This document shows positions 17,438 to 27,647 of a DNA stretch of 64,000 bases, piece by piece (position 1 is the stretch's first letter; every line of letters begins with the position of its first letter). A program made the position numbers and the translations under genes. The DNA comes from an uncultured virus (IMG/VR IMGVR_UViG_3300011693_000001) (taxonomy: Duplodnaviria; Heunggongvirae; Uroviricota; Caudoviricetes). The stretch covers positions 62,001 through 126,000 of the IMG/VR virus record IMGVR_UViG_3300011693_000001; one strand, 5' to 3'. Below the pieces are notes generated by a model. The model made no database searches, was not told the origin of the DNA, and worked only from the letters and a program-made list of their open reading frames with translations.

Positions 17438-19096
17438 ATGGCAAACCCCAACTCGTCTGCCGGAGTATATGAGTATGAAACAGACCTCAGTACCCGAGTA
17501 GAAGGTGAAAGCACTGGCGTCGGTGTTATTGTCGGGCAGTTTGAAAAAGGGCCAATTAATGTGCCTTTTTTCGTTTCTGATACCGGCGACCTCGAAGAAC
17601 AGACAGGCCGTCCGAACATGCGTAAGTATGGTGCGGCGCGTTACTGTGCTGAAATCTTTTTGGAAGAAAGTAAACAACTCTGGCTCTACCGTATCGTAAA
17701 CGGTGCAACTACTGCGGGCGCTTATTTCACGGTCGATGACCTGAATGCACAAACCCCGGTTATTGCTCTGACCAACTTCGACAAAGGGAATAATATTCCT
17801 ACTGGTATTGTCGACCCGTTGGATAATCTGGCGTTCGATCCTACAACGCCCGGTGTAAATAACATTCTCATGTTCTTCTGTGCCGCTAACCCCGGTGCAT
17901 GGAACAACCGCATTTCTGTTCAGGTTCGCCCGTCGAACCCGCTCGGTGTTCCGGTAGGTCAAGCTCACGACGTTTACCAGTTCTGGATCGACGTGTTCTA
18001 TGATTACACTGGACCGAACAATCTTCCTGTCGAATCCCATCTGGTTTCTCGTGTAAAAGAAATCAACGCTGACGGTCGGCAGATGTTTGTTGAAGATGTG
18101 ATCAACAATCGTAGTAAGTACATTCGTGTTCGTAATAACGAATTGTGCCAACCTGTAGCCATTAAGAAAACCGCCTTTGTTACATTTGGCGGTGCAATCG
18201 ATGGCGCTGCTGCAACCCCTAATCAAATCGCCGCTGCTTATGAAGCGTTCGAAGATTATGAAACCCAGCCGGGCAACCTTTTCATTAACTGCGGTCAGGC
18301 GTTTCCTGCTGTGCAGCGTGAAATGGCTCGCGTTTGTGAATCCCGAGGTGATGCTGTACCTCTGCTTGATGTTCCTAATGATCGTGAAGACGTAATCTCT
18401 GCGCGTGCCTATCGTCTGAATGATCTAAACTTGAACACAAGCTATGCTGCTCTCTATGCTGGCAGCGTTCCTTGTTACGATCAGTATAATGATCGTGATG
18501 TTTGGATTCCGCTTTCTGTATTCGCCGCACGTTCTTGTGCTCTGGTTGAGCGTGTACGTTCGGTAGCTCACGCTCCTGCTGGTATGCGTTACGCTAAAAT
18601 TCAATCTGCTCGGTTCCCTGTACGTCTCGATAAGATGCGCGTTTATAAGCAAGGTGATCGTGACGCTCTGGATAAAGTTCAGGTTAACGTAACCCGTCGC
18701 ATTAAAGGCGAAGGTGTCTTCATTAACGGTGAAGAAACGCAGCTGCATGTAGCAAGCGCCTTCCGTAACTTGAGCGTACGTCGTTCTATTTCTTCTGCCC
18801 GCCGAGCTATTGCTAAAGCAACGCTGGTCGGAGTGTTTGATCCGAACGATGATTACCTGCGACTTAGCTTGAAAGGTATCGCAGAATCGTATCTGATCCC
18901 GCTAACCTCTGGCCCTGATCGTAGCTTCTACAATGCGGAAGTTGTTTGTGAAGAACGAAACAACACGCCGGAAGTAGTAGCAGCTGGCAATCTGAAAATC
19001 GATATCTTCCTTGATCCGGTTATTAGTGCCAAGCGTATTCATCTAACTGCATTCATTCAGGGACCGGGTAGCGTGTCCGTGGAAGAGAACAATTAA
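17438..19096 (+). CDS. Tail sheath protein (paralog 1)
   Basis: SAGVYEYETD, GQFEKGP, NPGAWNN, SYAALY, APAG, VRR, FDPND, VCEERNNTP motifs. Confidence 0.92.
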   Translation: MANPNSSAGVYEYETDLSTRVEGESTGVGVIVGQFEKGPINVPFFVSDTGDLEEQTGRPNMRKYGAARYCAEIFLEESKQLWLYRIVNGATTAGAYFTVDDLNAQTPVIALTNFDKGNNIPTGIVDPLDNLAFDPTTPGVNNILMFFCAANPGAWNNRISVQVRPSNPLGVPVGQAHDVYQFWIDVFYDYTGPNNLPVESHLVSRVKEINADGRQMFVEDVINNRSKYIRVRNNELCQPVAIKKTAFVTFGGAIDGAAATPNQIAAAYEAFEDYETQPGNLFINCGQAFPAVQREMARVCESRGDAVPLLDVPNDREDVISARAYRLNDLNLNTSYAALYAGSVPCYDQYNDRDVWIPLSVFAARSCALVERVRSVAHAPAGMRYAKIQSARFPVRLDKMRVYKQGDRDALDKVQVNVTRRIKGEGVFINGEETQLHVASAFRNLSVRRSISSARRAIAKATLVGVFDPNDDYLRLSLKGIAESYLIPLTSGPDRSFYNAEVVCEERNNTPEVVAAGNLKIDIFLDPVISAKRIHLTAFIQGPGSVSVEENN

Positions 19097-19115
19097 GGAG
19101 GCTTCGGCCTCCTTT
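19095..19115 (+). terminator. UUCG hairpin, terminator-like
   Basis: AAGGAGGC-TTCG-GCCTCCTT with a short T run. Confidence 0.55.
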
Positions 19116-19126
19116 CGGAGAGAAAC

Positions 19127-19759
19127 ATGGAACTTCGCCTTGAACAAATGATCGCCTCGCTGGAAACAGTGAGTGAGATTCGCAATCTGCAACCGAACAA
19201 CCCAATCGTTGTTCGTCTGAGCCACCCAACAAACAGCACAGTTCACGTAATCGTTTGTGCTTATACCGAGCCACATCAGCAGGTACTTCCGCTGAATGTC
19301 ACTTGGTTTGACTTCAATCCCATGTCGGTCAACTACCGTCGAGCTTTGCGCCGCGTTAGTAAAACACCGACCGGAAATATGAACCATGAGTGGCGTGTGA
19401 TCGACACTTATGATGAAGTATTCGTAACACAAGAGTACGACGCTGCTGATACGGAGTACCTGACTAACGTACAAAGTGTTCCGCCGGCATCTGTGACCGT
19501 ACTTGGTACAGTAAAACTGAGTTATACTCCCACTGATCCTGCCAACCCTGTAGTAGTGGTTGAAGGTGATCCTCGTTTGTCTGATGCACGTGTACCGAAA
19601 GCACACTCGCATCCGCAGCAACCCGCACGTCAATTAAAAACCTCAACTGGTGTTGTTACCATTGAGGGTTCCGCCGCCCCCGAGTCTGGAGCTGTACTTG
19701 TTGCTACCGGACCTAATGCTGCTGTATGGCGCCGTCTGACTACTACGGACATTAAGTAA
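19127..19759 (+). CDS. Virion/tail fibre-associated protein
   Basis: DPRLSDARVPKAHSHP fibre motif; paralogous to the N-terminus of the next gene. Confidence 0.65.
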   Translation: MELRLEQMIASLETVSEIRNLQPNNPIVVRLSHPTNSTVHVIVCAYTEPHQQVLPLNVTWFDFNPMSVNYRRALRRVSKTPTGNMNHEWRVIDTYDEVFVTQEYDAADTEYLTNVQSVPPASVTVLGTVKLSYTPTDPANPVVVVEGDPRLSDARVPKAHSHPQQPARQLKTSTGVVTIEGSAAPESGAVLVATGPNAAVWRRLTTTDIK

Positions 19760-22700
19760 TGACTACATTGGTAGAATTTGTCGAACAATCTCTATCGCTT
19801 GCTGATCTTCGAAATCTGAGCGTAGAGAACCCGATTGTACTTCGGGTTAATGCTCCGGCTTCTTTGGAAGAATTCCAAATCGTCGTTGCCCATAAAGAAC
19901 CTAGCTTTAGCATCTTGCCTTATAACGTGACTTGGATCGTTGCTGATTCCGCATCCGCTAACTACAAGCGTGCTATGCGTCGCGTTACTAGTCTTCCTTT
20001 TGCTGGCTATCGTAATACGTGGGAAATTCTCACCACTGTGGAAGATATCTTTGCTGTTCCTCAGTATTATGAATACAGCGGTAGTTTCCAACTCGGTGAA
20101 GTAGAGCTGAATGGTATCACTCAAGCTACCATGAAAATGCGCGGCACCGTAAAGCTGCTGAACAATCCAGTCGATACTGATCCAGAAGCTGATATTAACA
20201 ACCCTGTTGCTATCAGTAGTAATGATCCGCGCATGGATGATGCTCGTGATCCTCTGCCACATACTCATCCGCTGACCGCTGCTGAAATGTTGGCTGGTTC
20301 TACTGGCGCCAATGAATTCTATGTAACTATCAAAGATGGTGCTCCGCCGCAGGCTGGACAGGTTCTTATCCTGACAGGTGCTGGCGATGAGCCGAACGAA
20401 ATGATTGGTTACTGGCGTAATCTCAACCGTAGTGACGTTGACTACAACGGTCCTACTTTTGATGCTCTGGAAATTTACACCAGCGCCGCCGAGTTCAACG
20501 AGAAGCAGACATACGTGTTCCGCGCTAATGCTGTTTTCTCTGATGGTACTAAGCAGAACGATGTTCCAGCACTCTGGTCTATCGTAGTTGGTAAAGAGTA
20601 TTCGAGTATCAGTGCCACCACCGGTACTTTTAGCAGCAGTGAAATCGTCGGTGACAAACCTGTACGTATTCAAGCTACTTGGACTCATGCTATTTCCGGC
20701 CAAACCCGTAACAAGACCTTTGAGTTCACTCTCAAGGACGTTACTGTTTATCGTGTACTGGATCGCATCACTATCGATGGTCCGGTCACAGTTAACGAAG
20801 GTGGTTCTGTAACTTACGGTGTGACCGCTCACTATGATGACGGCACTTCGCAAGGTGTTGTTCCTGCTACCTTCCTGAATAGCAACGCTACTGTTGGTTC
20901 TTTGAATCCGACTACTGGCGTATTTACCGCTGCTCAGATCGCTGGTGGTAATGGTGCAACTACTCTGAGTGCTTCCTATTCGGAAGGTGGTATCAGCCGC
21001 TCTGCGTCGTTGAATATTACTGTAGTGGATACCACTGTTTATCCGGTGTCTGCTGTTATTAACGGACCTAGCACCGTTGATGAGAACAAGAGTGCTACCT
21101 ATAGCTTCGTTGTTAGTTTCTCTGACGGTACATCCCGTGCAGTGTCTATCAACAATTGGACTAGCTCTCGCACTTCTGTTGCTACCATTAGCCCGGTATC
21201 CGGCGCATTGAATGCTAACGAAGTAAACGGTAATCAGGCCATTGTGGTTTCCGGTAGCTACACTAGCGAAGGCGTTACCATTAATGCCACCCGTGATGTG
21301 ACCGTTCGTGATCTAACTGTTTATCCGACTTCAGCGAATATCCTTGGTGCTGCATCTGTTAACGAGGGAACTACCTCGACTTATCAGTTCCGTGTGAATT
21401 TCTCTGACGGCACCAGCATGATCGTTCCGGTTTCGAACTGGACCTCTAGTGATACGACTGTTGCTACTATAAATGCTGCCACCGGTGTTCTTACTGCCGC
21501 CGCTGATATCAAGCCGAGTAAGACTACTGTTATCGCAGCTAGCTACACCAGTGAAGGTACTACTGTTTCTGACAACCGTACTATCACTATTGCCGACATT
21601 ACTCCGTATCCGCAATCTGCCTCTATTGTTGGTGCTGCGAATATTGATGAAGGCACAACTGTTACGCTTCAGCTTCAGGTAACGCTGACTAACGGTACGC
21701 AAACAACTGTTAACGCTACTAAGTGGACTTCCAGCAACACCGATCTGGCTACAGTTTCGGCAGCTGGTGTTGTTACTGCTACCGCTAACGTTGTCGGTAA
21801 TCAGCAGTTCACTATAACTGCGGAATATACTCTGAATGGCGAAACCATTACTCAACAGAAAGTATTCACCATTGTTGACCGTACCTCCTATCCTGTTTCG
21901 GCTACTATTAACGGACCTAGCTCTGTTAACGAGGGTGTCGATACACAATACGAGTTGAATGTAACCTTCGCGGATAGTACTACCCGTATTGTCACAGCTA
22001 GCTCTTGGGCCTTTAGCAACGCTGCTGTTGGTTCCGTTAGCTCCAGCGGTTTGTTCTCTCCGATTGCAAACATACAGGGTAATAAGTCCGGCAGCTTGAG
22101 CGCTAGCTATACGTTGGATGGTGTTACTGTTAATGCTAACCGCACATTGACCATTGTCGATATCACTAAGTATCCGCAGTCTGCTGTTATCTCTGGTCCG
22201 ACCACGGTGAACGAGAATACCACAACTGATTATCAGCTGTCGGTTACGTTCTCGGATAACTCTACCAGCTTCGTTCCTGTAACGAATTGGGCAGTTACTG
22301 TAGGCGACGATATCGCTACTATTAGCGAGACTGGTATTCTTACCGTAGGTGAAGTGGGTATTGGTGATAAGCCTGTACGCATTACTGCTTCGCATACTGT
22401 TGACGGTGTGACCGCTACTGCTGAGTTGAATATCACTGCGAAAGACCTGACTGTTTATCCGCAGTCTGTTCAGATTGCAGGTAGCTCTACTGTCGATGAA
22501 GGTACTACTGGTATCTTTGCCGCACAGGTTACTTTCACTGACGGTTCCGTTGATGACAAAACCGCAGATGCTGTTTGGACATTGAGTGATGAAACTCATG
22601 CGACTATCAGCAACGGTAATCTTGTCGTCAAGCAGATTATTGGTGGTAATAAAACAGTTACCATTAACGTTTCGTATGAAGAGAACGGTGTTACCCGCAC

Positions 22701-24885
22701 TGCCACTCGCAACGTAACTCTGCGGGATAGCACTGTTTATCCGCAGTCTGCTGAAATCGTCGGTCCTGCTACGTTTAACGAAGGTGATGCTGAACATCAG
22801 TTCATTCTTCGCGTTACCAAAACTGATAACAGCACGGAAGACGTTATCGTAAATACTTGGTCGAGCAGCAACCCGTCTGCTGGTACTCTGTTGAATATCG
22901 GTGCGTTTACTCCGGCAGCTTCTGTAACTGGCGATGACTTGGTAACTACCATTACCGCCACTTACACTCTGGATGGTGTTACTGTAACCGGAACCAAACA
23001 AGTTAGCGTTAAAGACGCTACTGTTTACCCAGTTAGCGCTGTTATCCTCGGCGCTAATGCTGTCGATGAAAATACTTCTGCTACCTATGAGCTTGAAGTT
23101 ACTTTCACCGATGGTACTGTAGCTAAACGTGCTGTTAATAGCTGGTCTTTGGAAGATAGCACTCATGCTTCCATCGATGCTGCTGGTGAACTGATCGCAG
23201 GTGAAGTAACTGGTAATCAAACCGTTAAGATTATGGTTGATTACACAGATGCCGGTCGTACTATTAATGCCACTAAGACTGTTACCATTACCGATACGTC
23301 GGTTTATGTTTCCAGTCTGGCTATCGGTGGCCCAGCACAAGTTACTGAAGGTTCTTCGGTTAACTTCCTTGCTACCGCTACATACACCGATGGTAGTACT
23401 CAACCCGTTACCGCTTCGTGGTCTGTAACTCCGACTACGTACGGTACTATCGATAGCACCGGTGCTTTTACTACTGCCGGTAACATCGTAGGTGATCCTA
23501 CTGTTACAGTTAATGCTTCTTACACAGAAAATGGTGTTACCCGTACTGCTACTGCGCAGCTTCTGATTAAGGATGCTCAACTGTATCCGACCGATACTGC
23601 AATTATTGCTCCGGCTTCGCTCAATGAAGGTCAGTCTTCGACACTTCAACTGCGCGTTACTTACAGCGATGGCAGCACAGTTACAGCTAACTCTGGTGTT
23701 ACTTGGAGCGTAGACAACGGCTCGTATGGTTCTATCACTACTCAGGGTGTGTTTACTGCTGCCCAAGTTGCTGGTGGAAACAAAGTGATCGTTGTTACCG
23801 CAGCTTATACCGAGAACGGATTGAACTTCTCTGAGACGGCTAACATTACAGTTGTTGATACTACTCTGTATCCGCAATCGTTGGCTATCACTGGACCTAA
23901 TCAGGTTAACGAAGAAACTTCCGGTCATCAGTACACTGCAACTGTGACTTATCAGGACGGTTCTACTGCTAACGTAACTACTGCCTCTGGTATTACGTGG
24001 TCTGTATCTAGCGGAACCATCGGTGCGCAAACAGGTTCGTTTACCGCTCCTACCGTAAGCGCTAACCAAAACGTTACCGTGACAGCCACTTATGTTGAAG
24101 CTGGCCAAACTGTATCGAAGACGTTTACTGTTCAAGTGATGAATGTGGTTATTGTTCCGCAGTCTGTAGCTATCACTGGTCCCGCTAGCGTAGCTGCTGG
24201 CGGCACAGCGAACTACGTTGCTACTGTTACATACAGCAATGGTACTACCGCTGTTCGTACAACTGCTGGTACTTGGGGTCGTAGCAATGCGGCTGCTGGT
24301 ACAATCGGTACGGCTACTGGTGTGTTCTCCGCAGCGTCGGTTAGTTCGAATACTGCAACGAACATTACCTATAGTTTCACTGAGAACGGCGCCACTGTTA
24401 CAGCTAGCTATCCGATTAACGTAACGGTTGCTGTTGTTCCGACTGCTCGTTTCGGTATCGGTCAGTTCTCTGGACCTGATCTGACTGGCGGTAAGAACGA
24501 TGGTCAGAATGGTGGTATGAACCTTGAAGGTAAGCCTTACGAGCAGTGGACTGGGCCTCAAGACTTCTTCACTAAAGTGCTGAAGAATCAGATGCCGTCG
24601 AATAACAACGGTGAGCGACTGTCTCTGAACTTGGTAACTGGTGCTGATTACGGTTACTTTGCACATCCGTCTTCGCTGGGTACTGCTGTGCATACCGATC
24701 TTGCTACTGGATGGCCGGGCGGTTGGGACGGTATTACTTGGGAACAAGATGGTAACTTCGGAGATACAAGCGGGCCTATCGAAGTAATGGTTGATGATGG
24801 TAGTGGTCCGCGTCTGTGGAAAATCTACCGCACCGACTTCTCCGGTATTGGTCAGTATGCTTGGACTATCACTTACGTGAAGTAA
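19759..24885 (+). CDS. Large Ig-like-repeat virion protein (~14 tandem ~95-aa domains)
   Basis: Repeats YPxSAxIxGxxxVxE...FxDG...W...G...Y; C-terminal GGWDG domain. Confidence 0.85.
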   Translation: MTTLVEFVEQSLSLADLRNLSVENPIVLRVNAPASLEEFQIVVAHKEPSFSILPYNVTWIVADSASANYKRAMRRVTSLPFAGYRNTWEILTTVEDIFAVPQYYEYSGSFQLGEVELNGITQATMKMRGTVKLLNNPVDTDPEADINNPVAISSNDPRMDDARDPLPHTHPLTAAEMLAGSTGANEFYVTIKDGAPPQAGQVLILTGAGDEPNEMIGYWRNLNRSDVDYNGPTFDALEIYTSAAEFNEKQTYVFRANAVFSDGTKQNDVPALWSIVVGKEYSSISATTGTFSSSEIVGDKPVRIQATWTHAISGQTRNKTFEFTLKDVTVYRVLDRITIDGPVTVNEGGSVTYGVTAHYDDGTSQGVVPATFLNSNATVGSLNPTTGVFTAAQIAGGNGATTLSASYSEGGISRSASLNITVVDTTVYPVSAVINGPSTVDENKSATYSFVVSFSDGTSRAVSINNWTSSRTSVATISPVSGALNANEVNGNQAIVVSGSYTSEGVTINATRDVTVRDLTVYPTSANILGAASVNEGTTSTYQFRVNFSDGTSMIVPVSNWTSSDTTVATINAATGVLTAAADIKPSKTTVIAASYTSEGTTVSDNRTITIADITPYPQSASIVGAANIDEGTTVTLQLQVTLTNGTQTTVNATKWTSSNTDLATVSAAGVVTATANVVGNQQFTITAEYTLNGETITQQKVFTIVDRTSYPVSATINGPSSVNEGVDTQYELNVTFADSTTRIVTASSWAFSNAAVGSVSSSGLFSPIANIQGNKSGSLSASYTLDGVTVNANRTLTIVDITKYPQSAVISGPTTVNENTTTDYQLSVTFSDNSTSFVPVTNWAVTVGDDIATISETGILTVGEVGIGDKPVRITASHTVDGVTATAELNITAKDLTVYPQSVQIAGSSTVDEGTTGIFAAQVTFTDGSVDDKTADAVWTLSDETHATISNGNLVVKQIIGGNKTVTINVSYEENGVTRTATRNVTLRDSTVYPQSAEIVGPATFNEGDAEHQFILRVTKTDNSTEDVIVNTWSSSNPSAGTLLNIGAFTPAASVTGDDLVTTITATYTLDGVTVTGTKQVSVKDATVYPVSAVILGANAVDENTSATYELEVTFTDGTVAKRAVNSWSLEDSTHASIDAAGELIAGEVTGNQTVKIMVDYTDAGRTINATKTVTITDTSVYVSSLAIGGPAQVTEGSSVNFLATATYTDGSTQPVTASWSVTPTTYGTIDSTGAFTTAGNIVGDPTVTVNASYTENGVTRTATAQLLIKDAQLYPTDTAIIAPASLNEGQSSTLQLRVTYSDGSTVTANSGVTWSVDNGSYGSITTQGVFTAAQVAGGNKVIVVTAAYTENGLNFSETANITVVDTTLYPQSLAITGPNQVNEETSGHQYTATVTYQDGSTANVTTASGITWSVSSGTIGAQTGSFTAPTVSANQNVTVTATYVEAGQTVSKTFTVQVMNVVIVPQSVAITGPASVAAGGTANYVATVTYSNGTTAVRTTAGTWGRSNAAAGTIGTATGVFSAASVSSNTATNITYSFTENGATVTASYPINVTVAVVPTARFGIGQFSGPDLTGGKNDGQNGGMNLEGKPYEQWTGPQDFFTKVLKNQMPSNNNGERLSLNLVTGADYGYFAHPSSLGTAVHTDLATGWPGGWDGITWEQDGNFGDTSGPIEVMVDDGSGPRLWKIYRTDFSGIGQYAWTITYVK

Positions 24886-24899
24886 ATACCAATGGAGGT

Positions 24900-24928
24900 A
24901 AAGGGTGGGGGAAACTCCACCCTTTTTT
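24900..24928 (+). terminator. GAAA-tetraloop hairpin with T run, lying between the SD and the start of the fibre gene
   Basis: AAAGGGTGGGG-GAAA-CTCCACCCTTT, then TTT. Confidence 0.65.
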
Positions 24929-24933
24929 CATAT

Positions 24934-27609
24934 ATGGCGCTATATCTTTCGTCATTTCTTTTGCCAGCTTCCGCTGGTGTACCGTTCCTTTTAGAAGATA
25001 AATATTTGAGGGGCGGTTTTCGAATCCTGTCTACTATCGCAGAACGTGATGCTATACCTACAGCAGCACGTAAAATTGGAATGCGTGTATTAGTAGCAGA
25101 CGACAACCTTATTGAATACACGCTTGCTGGTGGTACTGCAAATACGGATTGGGTACAGTCTACGTATGTTCCCGCTGAGCATAGTCATGGGATTGATTCG
25201 ATAACAGGTCTGAGTGCCGCTCTTTCCGACAAAGCCTCCGTACTTCATAGTCACGCTGTTTCAGAAGTAACTGGATTGCAAACTGAGTTAGAGGCTAAGG
25301 CTTCTCTTGAGCACGACCATCCAATCAGTTCCGTAACCGGATTAGTCGACGCCTTAGCTAATAAATCCGATACTCTGCACACTCACGCAGTAAACGATAT
25401 TGATGGTTTAGCTATTGCTCTAGCCGATAAGGCAGACACTAATCATCTGCATACTGTCGCAGACATTTCGGATTTACAAATAGCTTTAGATGGTAAAGCG
25501 GATGACGTTCACCTTCACGCTATTTCCGATGTTACCGGCCTACAAGACTCTTTAAATTCCAAAATATCGTCGGCTCAATTGACTGACGCTTTATCGTCCA
25601 AGGCTGACGCCGAGCACGCACATGGTATCGTCGATATAAATGGCTTGAGCGATGCTCTTGCTGGAAAAGCCGATGCTATTCACGGACACGGTATTTCTGA
25701 TGTTACTGGTTTGCAATCAGCACTCGACAGCAAGTCTTCAACTGATCACAATCACGCAGTCGCAACTGCTGCTACCTCTGGTTTTATGTCAGCTGAAGAT
25801 AAAGCAAAACTAGATGGTATTTCCGGTGGTGCTAATAGCTATGAACATCCAACAGGTGATGGTTATCAGCACGTCCCCGCAACAGGTACTACCTCTAACG
25901 GTAAAGTTCTGAAAGCTGGTGCGACTGCCGGTTCTGCTGCATGGGGCAATGTTTCGTTTACTGAATTAACTGATTTACCGTCTTCTTTCACACCAGCTGC
26001 GCACAATCACGCCGTCAGCGAGATAACCGGTTTACAGGATGCTTTAAACGATAAACTGTCTAAGTCTGGCGGTACTGTAGACGGTAACTTGACTGTCACT
26101 GGTAATTTTGTTGTGCAGGGTGGTTATACCGTTCTCAATACAACAGAATTGGAAGTTGATGATCCCGTTATCACAGTAGCTCGTGGGAATACGTCCGGTA
26201 TTGTACCTTACGCTGGTATCAAAGTAGAACGCGGCTCTGCTGATGCTTTCCTCGTATTCAACGAAGCTACTGATCGTTGGACGGTGTACACCTCTTCGGA
26301 TGATTTAGCCACAGCAGGGACATTAGCTGCTATTCAAGCTGATACTTTTTATGGAGCGTTATCAGGTAACGCTGATTCTGCTACAGTTGCTGATAGATGG
26401 TCTACGCCATGTGCTGTCAGTTTTACAGGAGACGTTACCGGTTCCACTTCAATAGATGGTTCCGCAGATGTTTCTGTATCTTTGACCGTAGCAGATGATT
26501 CACACAATCATTCCATTAGCACTGTTGTCGGTTTGCAGTCAGCTCTGGATGGAAAATCCGCAACAGGACATACTCACGCAGACGCCACTATTTCTGCTTC
26601 TGGTTTTATGTCCGCAGCTGATAAGACCAAGTTGAATAGTGTTGCTTCTAACGCAAACAATTATTCTCACCCAACAGGCGATGGGTATCAGCATGTGCCA
26701 GCAACAGGTACTACCTCTAACGGTAAAGTTCTGAAGGCTGGTGCAACTGCTGGTTCTGCTGCATGGGGTACTGTGAATTACGCTGAGCTGTCAGGTTTGC
26801 CTGCTACTTTCCCGCCTGCAAACCACAGCCATATCATAGCTGATATAACAGGTCTGCAAAGCGAACTAGATAGTAAATCGAATACATCGCACACTCACGC
26901 AGACGCTACTACCTCGGCTTCCGGTTTTATGTCGGCCTCGGATAAAACAAAGCTGAATGGTGTCGCAGCAAATGCGAATAACTACACTCACCCAACTAGT
27001 GATGGTAGTCTTCACGTACCAGCAACCGGAACAACTAATAACGGTAAAGTTCTGAAAGCAGGTGCAACCGCAGGCTCTGCTGCGTGGGGAACCGTTAGTT
27101 ACACCGAACTCACGAATGTACCATCTACATTCGCACCATCGGCTCACAGTCATGCCATAGCTGATGTTACTGGCTTACAAACGGCATTGAATGGTAAACT
27201 GGCTACTACAGGAAAAGCCGCTGATAGCGATAAGCTGGATGGTTTCGATTCAGCTACCGCAGCTACCGCTAATACCGTTGTAGTCCGAGACAGTACCGGT
27301 AATGTCAATGCTACCGATATAACCATCGTTTCTGATATGAACAAGAAAACACTTGTTAGTCATATCAGCGATGATCATGCGTTGGCGACTGTTTTACAAT
27401 GGGAATCTATACTTTATACATTGGATGATGATCCAACTCGACGTGTCATGCCTGGACATTCTGCACAACAGATGCTAAGTGTTACACCCGAGTTGGTAAC
27501 TGTACGCGAGGATGGATCGCTTGGACTTTCTTACGCACTAACCTCAGCGTACTACGCTGCTGCCTTACGTGCTGTTATGAAACGTTTGGACGATTTAGCT
27601 TCTCGTTAA
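24934..27609 (+). CDS. Tail fibre protein with HxH repeats and a C-terminal intramolecular-chaperone-like (S74-type) domain
   Basis: Many HxHxIxDVTGLQxAL repeats; three HPTGDG...AAWG repeats; SDMNKK...PEL C-terminus. Start set by alignment with the paralogous N-terminus at 29208. Confidence 0.85.
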   Translation: MALYLSSFLLPASAGVPFLLEDKYLRGGFRILSTIAERDAIPTAARKIGMRVLVADDNLIEYTLAGGTANTDWVQSTYVPAEHSHGIDSITGLSAALSDKASVLHSHAVSEVTGLQTELEAKASLEHDHPISSVTGLVDALANKSDTLHTHAVNDIDGLAIALADKADTNHLHTVADISDLQIALDGKADDVHLHAISDVTGLQDSLNSKISSAQLTDALSSKADAEHAHGIVDINGLSDALAGKADAIHGHGISDVTGLQSALDSKSSTDHNHAVATAATSGFMSAEDKAKLDGISGGANSYEHPTGDGYQHVPATGTTSNGKVLKAGATAGSAAWGNVSFTELTDLPSSFTPAAHNHAVSEITGLQDALNDKLSKSGGTVDGNLTVTGNFVVQGGYTVLNTTELEVDDPVITVARGNTSGIVPYAGIKVERGSADAFLVFNEATDRWTVYTSSDDLATAGTLAAIQADTFYGALSGNADSATVADRWSTPCAVSFTGDVTGSTSIDGSADVSVSLTVADDSHNHSISTVVGLQSALDGKSATGHTHADATISASGFMSAADKTKLNSVASNANNYSHPTGDGYQHVPATGTTSNGKVLKAGATAGSAAWGTVNYAELSGLPATFPPANHSHIIADITGLQSELDSKSNTSHTHADATTSASGFMSASDKTKLNGVAANANNYTHPTSDGSLHVPATGTTNNGKVLKAGATAGSAAWGTVSYTELTNVPSTFAPSAHSHAIADVTGLQTALNGKLATTGKAADSDKLDGFDSATAATANTVVVRDSTGNVNATDITIVSDMNKKTLVSHISDDHALATVLQWESILYTLDDDPTRRVMPGHSAQQMLSVTPELVTVREDGSLGLSYALTSAYYAAALRAVMKRLDDLASR
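25770..27200 (+). repeat. Three dispersed copies of a ~75-aa module within the tail fibre
   Basis: SGFMSAxDKxKL...HPTxDGxxHVPATGTTxNGKVLKAGATAGSAAWG starting near 25770, 26590 and 26910; DNA near-identical in the core. Confidence 0.8.
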
Positions 27610-27647
27610 TGGTTAATGACAGGGAAGTCATCTTTGAGGGTAATAAC

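Noticed and set aside
21331..24747. 1138-aa antisense ORF
   Set aside because: Shadow of the Thr/Val/Ala-rich Ig-repeat gene; biased codons suppress antisense stops; no SD or recognisable domain.
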